IMG/VR virus record: IMGVR_UViG_3300044970_000972
Location: 1-33,479 of that record
Direction: 5' to 3' (one strand)
Length of the DNA stretch: 33,479 nucleotides
Source: a virus
Lineage: Duplodnaviria; Caudoviricetes
This document shows, piece by piece, positions 1 through 7,910 of the stretch (positions within the stretch are counted from its first letter, which is position 1; each line of letters begins with the position of its first letter). The position numbers and the translations under genes were made by a program. The notes under the pieces are model-generated. The model was not told where the DNA came from. It saw nothing but the letters and a program-made list of their open reading frames with translations, and ran no database searches.

Positions 1-1289
1 CAATTTGGAACTAATCTTTTACCTTTCTTTTTCATTCCAACTTGTTTGTAACCAACCCAACACGCTTCTTCAACATCGTGCTCACCACTTTCTAGATAAT
101 CTGCTGCGGTATCAATGTAATCTGCTGCTTTTGTGATTTTGGACTGAACCCACGCTTCAATATTACCTTCACCTTTCATTTTCTTCTTTAATCTCTTTGC
201 CGCAGCAATGATTGTAGAAAGTTCAGAACGAGCCATTGAATATTCGTGATCCTTCTCTTCATTTGCTGGGTGGACAGTAGCAATATTATATTTCATTTGA
301 TTTGTTGAAAGCATTACTGGTTGCGAATACATTGACCAATATGCTGGACCCATCTTACATTCTTGCTGCATCTCATTTTTCTTACAAGCAGGGCAATATC
401 TAACCATCTCAACTGCTTCAGATTTTGTTCCCCAATTAGCAGCACCAACTTTGCGGCATTTTACAAGTGCTCCAGAAGCATAAGCACTTGGCCAAACACT
501 ATATCTTGATTTTACTTTATTGTAACAGGCATCTTTTTTTCCACTACCTTTACCTGGTTTGTCTTTGACTTCTTGTAAATCCATTTCTTCTGTTCTTACA
601 TTTGTTGGTTTGGCACCACTAGTTTTTTCTGGTTGATTTGGGTCTTGTCTATTTTTTCTTCTTCTCGCCTTTTCCTCTTCTTCATCAGATAAATTTGCTG
701 CCATTTTAGAACTTCCGCATTTTGGTGTAGAGGTTTGTCCTGGTTGACGAGCACAAGGTTTACCTGCCCATTTACCACCTAATTGAACCCATCCCGATTT
801 TCCATCAGATGATTTAGATTTTCCAAACCAATCACGAAGTCCTTCATCTCCAGATTTAGTTTCTTCATATGCCATTCCAACTCTGGTGTGCTTTAATTCA
901 CCCTTTTGTTTGGCAATTAATTTTTTTGAAGCAACACGTGCCCCTTCTGGGGCACTCTGAACATTCTCATCTGGAATTTTTTTCTTCGGGTTATCGTAAA
1001 CATCTACATCACCATCAGCATCTCTATCAACATATTGTTTTGTGGAATGATGAACCAACTGTTTAAGATCAAGATTCGGATCAAGTTGATGTTGAGACTT
1101 TGATAAATGTTTTGTTTTATGTGTAAACTTTGTAAAAGTTATTTGATCCTTTGCCTCAGAAAATGGAGACTTTGATTCGGTCTCTTGTCCTGCTGCTCTT
1201 TTTTTACGAGCAGAACAATGAGCCTTTTGTGAAAATCCTTGTGGACTATCACAATCTATTGATCTCTTGTATTCTTTAGACCAGCTCAT
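1..1289 (-). CDS. Multi-module hypothetical protein, 3'-truncated by the window edge (>=429 aa); candidate protease-processed internal head polyprotein
   Basis: Hand translation from ATG at 1289 (MSWSKEYKRSIDCDSPQGFSQKAHC...) stays open to the edge (...EACWVGYKQVGMKKKGKRLVPN). Probably missing from the track because no stop codon lies in the window. It directly follows gp16 and has a late-promoter-like TCTAAATA upstream. Confidence 0.85.
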   Translation of the reverse strand, partial: MSWSKEYKRSIDCDSPQGFSQKAHCSARKKRAAGQETESKSPFSEAKDQITFTKFTHKTKHLSKSQHQLDPNLDLKQLVHHSTKQYVDRDADGDVDVYDNPKKKIPDENVQSAPEGARVASKKLIAKQKGELKHTRVGMAYEETKSGDEGLRDWFGKSKSSDGKSGWVQLGGKWAGKPCARQPGQTSTPKCGSSKMAANLSDEEEEKARRRKNRQDPNQPEKTSGAKPTNVRTEEMDLQEVKDKPGKGSGKKDACYNKVKSRYSVWPSAYASGALVKCRKVGAANWGTKSEAVEMVRYCPACKKNEMQQECKMGPAYWSMYSQPVMLSTNQMKYNIATVHPANEEKDHEYSMARSELSTIIAAAKRLKKKMKGEGNIEAWVQSKITKAADYIDTAADYLESGEHDVEEACWVGYKQVGMKKKGKRLVPN

Positions 1290-1301
1290 CAAAAAACTCT
1301 A

Positions 1302-1724
1302 CTACTCTTTATTATTTAGAAAACCTTGTTTCAGTAATTTTGATAATTCGGCAGTTGATCCAACAAATAGAGCATTATTGGTAACATTATTTGTTGTCTT
1401 TACAGTGTCTTCTTCTACCTCTTTTAATTTTTTCTGTAAGTCTATAAGTTTGTCTGTGACATCTCCAACAGACTTAATTAATTGACCAGCAACTTCATAT
1501 GCTCTTGGACTACCCCCCTCTCCAGCGAGTTCCATAATTCCATTGATTGCCTCTTGTCCTTTTTCAATCAAAGAATACAAATTGGCACGAGTATACTCAT
1601 AGTCTTTTTTAATGTCATTATTAGATTCCTTAACATTTAAAGATATATCCGTATCAGGTTCAATCGCAACAATGTTACTCTCAACATTGAGTGCTTGATC
1701 AATCTTTTCAAACTTATTTGTCAT
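1302..1724 (-). CDS. gp16: Terminase small subunit (T4 gp16-like)
   Basis: DYEYTRANLY...PRAYEVAGQLIK...NNALFVGSTAEL motifs; directly downstream of gp15 as in T4-like phages. Confidence 0.92.
   Translation of the reverse strand: MTNKFEKIDQALNVESNIVAIEPDTDISLNVKESNNDIKKDYEYTRANLYSLIEKGQEAINGIMELAGEGGSPRAYEVAGQLIKSVGDVTDKLIDLQKKLKEVEEDTVKTTNNVTNNALFVGSTAELSKLLKQGFLNNKE
1313..1320 (-). promoter_or_regulatory. Late promoter variant (TCTAAATA) for the ORF starting at 1289
   Basis: + strand tatttaga within the 3' end of gp16; one mismatch to T4 late consensus TATAAATA. Confidence 0.55.
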
Positions 1725-1739
1725 GATTTCACCAGACTA

Positions 1740-2786
1740 TTAAATATCTATATTCCTTGATGGACTATAATCTCTGGAATCTATGAATGAATACCTATTT
1801 TCATTAAATCCAAAATCATCATCAATGTCAACCAGGTTATCATCTGCTGGAGTTAAGACATCAATAGATGTATTTTCTAGATGAGTTGTAACAGTGCTTC
1901 CATCATATCCTCTCTTAACAGTAATAGTTGTCCCGTCCACAATTCCAGTTACCTTCATAATTTCGTTATTGATAATGATTCTATTATCAACTACTAATCC
2001 AGAAGAAGTACTGACCGAAACTCTTGTTTCTGTTTTTGTTAGAGGTTCTCTTAATATGGCAGTGTTATCATCATTATAATCTTTGAGTGCTTTTGGTGTT
2101 GCGGTATATCTCAACTCTCTCTTGGCAGTCTCTCTATTTGTATCTGCATAATAGTCAACCTGAACCTTACGGATAAGACCATCAGTGGTATCGGCAATAG
2201 GACCAAACATATAAGTTTTGGCAGTAAATTGTAAAGTATAAATTAGTGCCCTCCTTGTAGAAAAATCGCCCTCATAATCGTCTTGAAATGATATATTGTC
2301 TAGAACAACGCTAATATCTCTTTTTTCTCCAATTGAATCTATAAGATCAACTGTTAAGTTAAATGCTGGTTGAAAAAACGGTAAAATTTGCTCAACAATC
2401 TGGAGGGCATCATCATTTAATTTACAGAGAATATTCAGTTCAAATCCAATGTTGTAAGGAACCGGCATAAAAACTTTTTTTAAGTTTGTACCATCAGATG
2501 CCTTAAACGTTTGAGTTACACCTGCTTTTCTTGTTGGATCATATTGAATAGAATTCATCTCAAATGACATTCTTGGCAATGATATTTGAGTCGCTTTGTT
2601 TAAATTTGGTTGTTGTTCAATTCTTGCTAAAAATTTCTGGATAGGACCATAAGCAAGAGGAACTCTCATATCACTAATTTCACCATCATTAGAATTTCTA
2701 TGACGAATATGAATATCATTGAAAATTGTTCCAAACGAAACAACAGTTCTTCTTAAAATTTCGTGATAAAAATAAGTTCCTAACAT
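1740..2786 (-). CDS. gp15: Tail sheath stabiliser / tail terminator (T4 gp15-like) with C-terminal extra domain
   Basis: YFYHEILRRTVVSFGTIFNDI, VPLAYGP, LPRMSFE, PVPYNIGFEL, QIVEQILPFFQP motifs; order gp13-gp14-gp15-gp16. Confidence 0.93.
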   Translation of the reverse strand: MLGTYFYHEILRRTVVSFGTIFNDIHIRHRNSNDGEISDMRVPLAYGPIQKFLARIEQQPNLNKATQISLPRMSFEMNSIQYDPTRKAGVTQTFKASDGTNLKKVFMPVPYNIGFELNILCKLNDDALQIVEQILPFFQPAFNLTVDLIDSIGEKRDISVVLDNISFQDDYEGDFSTRRALIYTLQFTAKTYMFGPIADTTDGLIRKVQVDYYADTNRETAKRELRYTATPKALKDYNDDNTAILREPLTKTETRVSVSTSSGLVVDNRIIINNEIMKVTGIVDGTTITVKRGYDGSTVTTHLENTSIDVLTPADDNLVDIDDDFGFNENRYSFIDSRDYSPSRNIDI

Positions 2787-4216
2787 TAGTAATTGCCAAA
2801 GGGATTAGATTGTGAGAAATCTAGGAAAGTATCTGCTTCTTCTTCAATTTCATCGTTTTGTTCATATTTATCATATATGTCTCTATGATCATAAGATTTG
2901 ACAGTGTAGATGGCATATCCGTTAGATGTTGATGCTGCTGATATTGTCGATGAAGTACCAACAACAATCTCACCTGGAATAAATCCACTAACTGTGGTTC
3001 CAATTCCAACAAGTGATACTTTAAGAACTTTGGTATCCGAATCCCAAGATTTTACTCTTCCTTCAGTTCCAGAAGTTAATCCTCTTACAACCTCATTATA
3101 TCCATAGGTCCCTAGACCAGTAATTAGTGGTGGTGAAGAAATAGTAACAACTGGAGAGTCGCCAAGTGTATAACCAATTCCAGCACGTACCATTCTAACT
3201 GAAGAGACTTGAGTATCACCATTAACAATAGCAATCGCAGATGCTGCAGATCCTATTCCTGCTGGAGCTGAAATAGTTACATTTGGTGCTGTAGAATATC
3301 CAACACCAGTATCTGATACATTAATTGATATAATTCCATAATCTGTAGTTTGGATAGAGCAAGTTGCTGCTGCTCCAACCCCATTTCCACCACTAATTGT
3401 AATTGTTGGTGGTGATGGATATCCAGATCCTGCGTTGGTTAACAGTATACGATCTATGGAATAAATTCCTGCTTTATTTGTGGTAATAGCAACAGCAGTA
3501 GCATTAATTCCGCCAGTTGGTGCGGTAGAAATTGAAACAATTGGAGTTCCAGTATATCCGCTTCCATCATTGTTTATGAATATTTCACTAATGAATTTAT
3601 CACCCAAATTGGCAGTAGCAGTCGCTGTTCTACCTAACCCAATTAGGTTGAGTGTTGTAATAAATCCAGTATCCTGAATTGTGGTATCGATTTCATCAAT
3701 AGAAGTATCAAGAACTTCATCCTCATATTCAAACAATTCACACTTTAATTCATAGACATAACTTTTACCTAATTGATAAAAAGGTTGTTCGTGTTCTACA
3801 AACTTAACTTCAAATAATCTTTGACCTAAAGGAAAATAGACCAAATCTCCTTCACGAGGTCTGGTTGCTAATTCAATTTCATCATCGGGCATTGCTGCCA
3901 AAAATGCAGCAATAAAGTCTTCAAATCTTTCTTTTGATATTGTAATTGTTAATTCATCTCTCAAACTCATTCCAAATTTTGTGAGGATATCACCAGCACC
4001 AGAATATCCTTCATAAGTATTAACATATGCTTCAATTAAAAAGTTATCATCAAATCTGGATGATTGTATTTCTTCAATAATGGTCTGCTTTCGTACAAAT
4101 TTTCTTGGAATATAAGTTACTTCTACTCCATAAATCGTTAGTTGTTCGTTGATAAGATCTTGTACAAGTCTCTGCTCACTGGGAGATCCTTGAAGGAAAA
4201 AGGGATTAAGTGCCAT
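2786..4216 (-). CDS. gp14: Neck protein (T4 gp14-like) with repeat insertion
   Basis: EQRLVQDLINEQLTIYG, RPREGDLVYFP, FEVKFVEHEQPFYQLGK, C-terminal FSQSNPFG. Confidence 0.92.
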   Translation of the reverse strand: MALNPFFLQGSPSEQRLVQDLINEQLTIYGVEVTYIPRKFVRKQTIIEEIQSSRFDDNFLIEAYVNTYEGYSGAGDILTKFGMSLRDELTITISKERFEDFIAAFLAAMPDDEIELATRPREGDLVYFPLGQRLFEVKFVEHEQPFYQLGKSYVYELKCELFEYEDEVLDTSIDEIDTTIQDTGFITTLNLIGLGRTATATANLGDKFISEIFINNDGSGYTGTPIVSISTAPTGGINATAVAITTNKAGIYSIDRILLTNAGSGYPSPPTITISGGNGVGAAATCSIQTTDYGIISINVSDTGVGYSTAPNVTISAPAGIGSAASAIAIVNGDTQVSSVRMVRAGIGYTLGDSPVVTISSPPLITGLGTYGYNEVVRGLTSGTEGRVKSWDSDTKVLKVSLVGIGTTVSGFIPGEIVVGTSSTISAASTSNGYAIYTVKSYDHRDIYDKYEQNDEIEEEADTFLDFSQSNPFGNY

Positions 4217-5061
4217 TATCCAATAAAATCGTAAGGTGGAAGCTCATATTCAAGAGCCATTACTTGTTTAATACTTTCTAGTTCTCTTTCTGCATCTTCA
4301 TAAATTTCTCTACCATTAAGTTCAATTCCTCCAGGAAGTTTTACTCCCCTAAACTTAATAAGGTTTTGACCCCATTGTCTCTTAATGAGGGACGTTAAAT
4401 ATTTTTTTAGAAAACTGTCATTATATACATTTGTGTAGGTATTTGGATCTAAAATTCTGTAGCAGTCTAGAACCAAGAAAGTATCTACAGTTTGTGCTCC
4501 CCAATCAATATCCAAATACAATCTGTCTTGTCTTTTGTTATATCTAACTTGTTTATCTGTGGTTAATAAAAAGTCAATATCTTCCAGATAAGTTTTTGTC
4601 ATAGCATACTGTAACAGTTCAACAGAATTGAAATAATAAAGATCATTTAAAAACAACTGATACTTGATACTAAACATTCCACCAGAAATTGAACTGGTAT
4701 CAAATTTAAAAACCTTTTCAATTCCAATCACAGAGTCTGGAACTTGAATAAAATTAGAGGTCTCATAAAAATTTGAAGTAACCGTTCCATATCCACTGAT
4801 GTTTGTGGATGTTGATGTTGTAGTTACAATTCCAACACCGTTTGTACCTTTTGCTTTACCTCTATCCAAATCTGCTTGAGATAATTTGTACTTTAGATAC
4901 ATTCTCTCAACACCATCAAAATGACGCTCCTGGAAGTACTGTAGGGCGTCATCTACTAAATCGTCTATTTGGTCATCATCAACGTTAATCTCCAATACAG
5001 GGGCACCCAGCCTTCTTAAACAATAATCAATTAGTTGTTGTCTACTTGCTGGTTTTGCCAT
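4216..5061 (-). CDS. gp13: Neck protein (T4 gp13-like)
   Basis: YCLRRLGAPVLEINVDDDQIDD, KRQWGQNLIKFRGVKLPGGIELNG motifs. Confidence 0.94.
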   Translation of the reverse strand: MAKPASRQQLIDYCLRRLGAPVLEINVDDDQIDDLVDDALQYFQERHFDGVERMYLKYKLSQADLDRGKAKGTNGVGIVTTTSTSTNISGYGTVTSNFYETSNFIQVPDSVIGIEKVFKFDTSSISGGMFSIKYQLFLNDLYYFNSVELLQYAMTKTYLEDIDFLLTTDKQVRYNKRQDRLYLDIDWGAQTVDTFLVLDCYRILDPNTYTNVYNDSFLKKYLTSLIKRQWGQNLIKFRGVKLPGGIELNGREIYEDAERELESIKQVMALEYELPPYDFIG

Positions 5062-5065
5062 TTTA

Positions 5066-5248
5066 TCATTCCTCTGATTGATTGGAAATTAATAGTTCAT
5101 TATATTTTTCTTCTAACGTAGAATAATCTTGAGTCAATGTTTGAAGTTTTGCTTCTAACAAAATATTTTGATTTGACAGTGACGCTAGTTTTTGATTATA
5201 AAGTTTAATCAATACATTCACATCAACTTCACTATTTTGATTTGACAT
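5066..5248 (-). CDS. Small coiled-coil hypothetical protein (60 aa)
   Basis: Fills the gap between the 560-aa gene and gp13 with 3-4 nt spacing; Leu heptad pattern. Confidence 0.8.
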   Translation of the reverse strand: MSNQNSEVDVNVLIKLYNQKLASLSNQNILLEAKLQTLTQDYSTLEEKYNELLISNQSEE

Positions 5249-5251
5249 AAA

Positions 5252-6934
5252 TTAGAATGTTCCTCCATCTAGGGTTGAAGTCCAGGTTGGTTTATTTGTA
5301 TATATGGTTGTTACGCCAGTTGGAATTATTGACATACTTACACTATTTTTTAATAGGTTATAAGTATTTGTAAAACTTCCTTCAACTCCAACTAATGTGA
5401 TCGTTGATGAGTTTGCCGTAGTTTTAACAACACCATATGCTCCACTTGTCTCTTGTAAAATTAAGTCACCTTGCGTAACGGATACAGAACTTCCGAAAGT
5501 TAAATTGATTTCAGTGATCGCAGTCAAAATTTGCTTTGATGTTAAAGTTGGGGATGCTGGATTATTTGTAGAAGTTTGTAATCCATCAACATCAAAATAT
5601 ACAATACCATGAGTATTAAAATCACCAGTTTGGTAGTAAATACCTTTAATATCAAGGTAACCTCTTGTTCCTGTGACTACACCATTTGAAACAATGGCAG
5701 CATCTGGAATATAAGTCCAAGATCTTGAAGTTGCCGCACTACCAACATTAGTTCCGTCAATATAACCAAAGAATCCAGTTTTGTTATTTGCCGTTCCTAC
5801 ACCAGTGTTATAATCAAACGCAATACCTCTGTCGGTATTGGTATCAAAAGCGTGAGTAATCGTTAGTTGTGTAGTTGTAGTGATTCCTGCTGTAGTGGAA
5901 CCCTGGATAGTGATGATTTTTGTTGTGGTGTTATATCCAGTAATAGTGGTTAGTCCACTATTTGGTAATGAAGCACTACCCTGAATAGTATCACCAGTAT
6001 TAATACCAATTACGGAATCGAGTGTAATTGTTGAGACACCGGTGGCAACTGGTGCCATAACCGTTCTCTTACTGGTTACATCACCAAGAACGATGATTGG
6101 ATCGTTGATTGATACAACAGTAGAATTTACAGAGGTAGTTGTACCATCAACCTGCAAATCACCTTTAATAACGACAGTTCCTTCATTACTTAATCCATCT
6201 GGATATGGATCAATATACAGAATCCCATTTGATCCTGGAACTGTGGAAATTATATTTTGATTAATTTTTACGTCACCAATGGTCACACTTCCAGTAAAGG
6301 TTGAGACCCCAGCAACAGTAGCATTTCCACCAACATTGAGGTTTTTCTCAATTCCAACGCCACCTTCAACTACAAGAGCACCATTATCTTTAGTAGTTGA
6401 ATCTGTTACATCTCCAATATTAATGGAAACACCATTGGCAAATGCCCAGTCTGCCCCTTCGATTTCAAATCTATTATCAGTAGCTTCGTCGTATCGTAAC
6501 TTTACATCTTTATCAGTACCAAAACTCAAATAAGTATCATCAACTATGTTGATTTCACCAGTTCCATTCGGATCTAATACAATGTCTCCATCAGTATTCT
6601 GTGAAGAAAATGTATTTCCATCTAATCTTAAATTATCAACATTCCACTGATCTACTTTTCTTGTGTTATCAAGAATAACAACAATTCCACCATCACTATT
6701 GCGAGTGTTTGTAACTCCAGCAACAGTTCCTGGAACGTGGTCCATCATGGACGTGTAATAACGTCCAGCAACAGATACTACATTAGTTCCATCGTCACCA
6801 ACATAAATTCTGTCTCTATTTTGGTTAGTTCCTGTAGCACTACCAATACCAGTTACATATGCTAATTCACCCCACTGCAGACTTCCAGGTATACTAGTAC
6901 CAGAGGATCTTTTAATCCTAATAATACTTGCCAT
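5252..6934 (-). CDS. Virion structural protein, fibre / baseplate-fibre connector-like (560 aa)
   Basis: N-terminal IRIKRSSG...LQWGELAY fibre-type start; GALVVEGGVGIEKNLNVGG and GDLQVDGTTTSVNST beta-helix-like repeats; lies between baseplate and neck genes. Confidence 0.7.
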   Translation of the reverse strand: MASIIRIKRSSGTSIPGSLQWGELAYVTGIGSATGTNQNRDRIYVGDDGTNVVSVAGRYYTSMMDHVPGTVAGVTNTRNSDGGIVVILDNTRKVDQWNVDNLRLDGNTFSSQNTDGDIVLDPNGTGEINIVDDTYLSFGTDKDVKLRYDEATDNRFEIEGADWAFANGVSINIGDVTDSTTKDNGALVVEGGVGIEKNLNVGGNATVAGVSTFTGSVTIGDVKINQNIISTVPGSNGILYIDPYPDGLSNEGTVVIKGDLQVDGTTTSVNSTVVSINDPIIVLGDVTSKRTVMAPVATGVSTITLDSVIGINTGDTIQGSASLPNSGLTTITGYNTTTKIITIQGSTTAGITTTTQLTITHAFDTNTDRGIAFDYNTGVGTANNKTGFFGYIDGTNVGSAATSRSWTYIPDAAIVSNGVVTGTRGYLDIKGIYYQTGDFNTHGIVYFDVDGLQTSTNNPASPTLTSKQILTAITEINLTFGSSVSVTQGDLILQETSGAYGVVKTTANSSTITLVGVEGSFTNTYNLLKNSVSMSIIPTGVTTIYTNKPTWTSTLDGGTF

Positions 6935-7164
6935 TAAAAGCTACCTCCGTTGATGTCTAAATTCTGTGTTGTTCCTGGGGTTAAGTCTAATGTTGCATCC
7001 CATTTTTGGGTGGTGGAGTTATAAACAAGAACCATCCCATTTAATACTGCGGGAGGTAAGTTTACATCTGTCAAATCACCTAAAGAAATTTCTTTAGTTC
7101 CAGCTAAAGATGATACAACTTTAACTGCGTTTTGCTGACCAACTCTAACTCTAATGTCTGCCAT
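6934..7164 (-). CDS. Small virion-associated hypothetical protein (76 aa)
   Basis: TAATG overlaps at both ends; LGDLTDV...NGMVLVYNSTTQKW fibre-type motif; ends NGGSF. Confidence 0.8.
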   Translation of the reverse strand: MADIRVRVGQQNAVKVVSSLAGTKEISLGDLTDVNLPPAVLNGMVLVYNSTTQKWDATLDLTPGTTQNLDINGGSF

Positions 7165-7505
7165 TAGCGAGTTACTCCTTCTCTAACTAGAACGGATCCT
7201 TCAACAACTCTAGTTATTACTCCAGAATTATCTGTTATCAAAACATCATAAACATAACGACCTGGTTTAAGGGAGGCAGTTGTAGTAGTTCCCAGTCCAA
7301 CTTTAATTGTTCCTGCGGAAGGATTTAAAATTGATGCAGTAAATGAAGTATATGCTGAACTACCAGCATGTTTTCTCATTTGAGCAGATACTATGTATCC
7401 ACCCAAATTTAATGAGGAACTAGAATCACTATTTTCTAATGAAAATGTTTGAGTAAATGTAGTACCAGTGTTTACGACTAGATTACTTACATAAACGGCT
7501 GCCAT
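7164..7505 (-). CDS. Small beta-rich structural/adaptor protein (113 aa)
   Basis: GTTFTQTFSL...AQMRK...TASLKPGRYVYDV...RVVEGSV pattern typical of phage fibre-adaptor-like beta-sandwich proteins; late promoter upstream. Confidence 0.75.
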   Translation of the reverse strand: MAAVYVSNLVVNTGTTFTQTFSLENSDSSSSLNLGGYIVSAQMRKHAGSSAYTSFTASILNPSAGTIKVGLGTTTTASLKPGRYVYDVLITDNSGVITRVVEGSVLVREGVTR

Positions 7506-7531
7506 TTATAAAAACTTCAGGATCTAAAATA

Positions 7532-7539
7532 TATTTATA
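7532..7539 (-). promoter_or_regulatory. T4-type late promoter TATAAATA
   Basis: Perfect consensus overlapping the stop codon of 7535..7723, 26 nt upstream of the ATG at 7505. Confidence 0.8.
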
Positions 7540-7723
7540 CTTGACCAAATCCAAGATTACCAAGACTATGAATTACCTCTTGTTGCTTCATATAAAGCTT
7601 GATAGAGGTCTTAAGCATTAGTCTAAGTTGATTGATATCGTTACAATCATCAATTTCTCTAGATTGCATTTCATATTCAAATAATTTATTGATATCGTCA
7701 AGTTTTATTTCATTTGGATCCAT
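7535..7723 (-). CDS. Small hypothetical protein (62 aa)
   Basis: In operon orientation, overlaps the upstream ORF, with GGAG upstream of its start. Confidence 0.7.
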   Translation of the reverse strand: MDPNEIKLDDINKLFEYEMQSREIDDCNDINQLRLMLKTSIKLYMKQQEVIHSLGNLGFGQV

Positions 7724-7910
7724 TGATAATCTCCTTCAGTAAAGATTTAATTTCTTCAATATCTGTTTTAATTTGGTCAATTTCTTCCTTTTGCTTTTGC
7801 TTTTCAGATTTCATTTTAATATATTGAGAATATCCCAATGTATCATAATTAACAATAGCACCAGATTTTTCATCTCTATAGAGATTTTTATGACCTTCAA
7901 CGGGAATCAT
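7710..7910 (-). CDS. Small hypothetical protein (66 aa) with C-terminal coiled coil
   Basis: ATGA overlap with the VrlC-like gene; VEGHKNLYRDEKSGAIVN motif recalled from T4-like cyanophages at this position. Confidence 0.8.
   Translation of the reverse strand: MIPVEGHKNLYRDEKSGAIVNYDTLGYSQYIKMKSEKQKQKEEIDQIKTDIEEIKSLLKEIINGSK

Noticed and set aside
596-778. 60-aa minus-strand ORF in the track
   Set aside because: Alternative frame inside the longer open frame 1..1289.
869-1485. Plus-strand ORFs 869..1066 and 1267..1485
   Set aside because: Antisense shadows of the modular ORF and gp16, with no recognisable motifs.
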